Shown here: in pieces, positions 39,747 through 40,167 of the stretch | How positions within the stretch are numbered: position 1 is the first letter of the stretch | Layout: each line of letters starts with the position of its first letter | DNA from: Acidobacteriota bacterium | GTDB lineage: Bacteria; Acidobacteriota; Vicinamibacteria; Vicinamibacterales; SCN-69-37 | Assembly (NCBI GenBank): GCA_004297655.1 | Contig: SCUN01000023.1 | Location: 1 to 40,167, forward strand | DNA: 40,167 nt | Reading direction: 5' to 3' | Notes under the pieces: generated by a model | Databases searched by the model: none | What the model saw: only the letters and a program-made list of their open reading frames with translations | What the model was told of the DNA's origin: nothing | Position numbers and translations under genes: made by a program

Positions 39747-40167
39747 CTATTTTTTGCTTGATTTTCGGATGACGATGTCGCCGTTGCTGTTCCGCAGCGA
39801 GAGGCGCGGCGCGCTTGCCGCGGCGGCGCCCAAGGCGCCGTCCAGGCGGCTGTCTTCGCCGGTCTTCGTGGGCGTGAGGTTCCAACCGCCGGCGTCGATC
39901 GTGCCGGACGTCGTCACCGCGTCGATCCGCAGGCCGCCGGGCTCGGCGATCGACACCCGGAGCGTCTCTTCGCTCGTCACGAGGCTCCCGCCGACGCCGG
40001 GCGCGAGCTCGGCGTCGACCTCGGCCCGCCGAAGGTCGAGGTGCACTTCGTTGCTCGCGCCTTCGATGCGGACCTGGCCGTCGGACCCGGTGACCTTGAT
40101 CGCGCCCTTGTGGCCGCGGATCAGGACGTCGCCGCGGCGCTCCTCGATTTCAAGCGAGCCGCGCGAG
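39747..40167 (-). CDS. DUF4097-like beta-strand repeat protein (5' end outside the window)
   Basis: The frame is open to the window edge. The translation shows repeated G-x-I/V-x-V/I beta-strand units (GAIKVTGSDGQVRIEGASNEVHLDL...GDIVIRKS). Confidence 0.55.
   Translation of the reverse strand, partial: SRGSLEIEERRGDVLIRGHKGAIKVTGSDGQVRIEGASNEVHLDLRRAEVDAELAPGVGGSLVTSEETLRVSIAEPGGLRIDAVTTSGTIDAGGWNLTPTKTGEDSRLDGALGAAAASAPRLSLRNSNGDIVIRKSSKK

Overview
This is a GC-rich bacterial chromosomal window; codon third positions are almost all G/C. About 40 genes are tightly packed, many translationally coupled. The protein style (Gly/Arg-rich periplasmic linkers, a TIGR02603-type haem domain, several ECF sigma/anti-sigma pairs) suggests an Acidobacteriota-like lineage, but that is inference only. 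Recognisable housekeeping genes are folK, ispH (long plant/cyanobacterial type), pckA, gatB, rnr, tatA (absent from the supplied ORF track), tonB, groES-groEL with a CIRCE operator, and purC. The envelope and accessory content has three parts. (1) A co-directional TesA-YbbA-YbbP type VII ABC module. (2) A roughly 14.5 kb minus-strand array with gaps of 53 nt or less: SpoIID, ECF sigma, ZAS anti-sigma, IspH, Spy/CpxP-like, TolC, MFP, RND, MacA-like, MacB ATPase, MacB permease, and a small secreted protein, ending at one clear intrinsic terminator. (3) A second ECF sigma/anti-sigma/secreted-protein triad. I saw no rRNA, tRNA, CRISPR array, transposase, integrase or recognisable defence system, and I cannot point to a convincingly new multi-gene system. 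The most unusual observations are listed here. One of two paralogous secreted GxW proteins has an in-frame TGA exactly at the Trp codon. A divergent cupredoxin/cytochrome c pair has start codons overlapping in the palindrome ATGCGCAT. A perfect 22-bp inverted repeat and degenerate GGSAATCG-like repeats occur in two intergenic regions. A MacA-like adaptor carries a disordered insertion of about 185 aa with LTXXQ-like motifs. A lower-GC pair of unknown genes lies after gatB. Most long antisense ORFs in the track are GC-driven artefacts.
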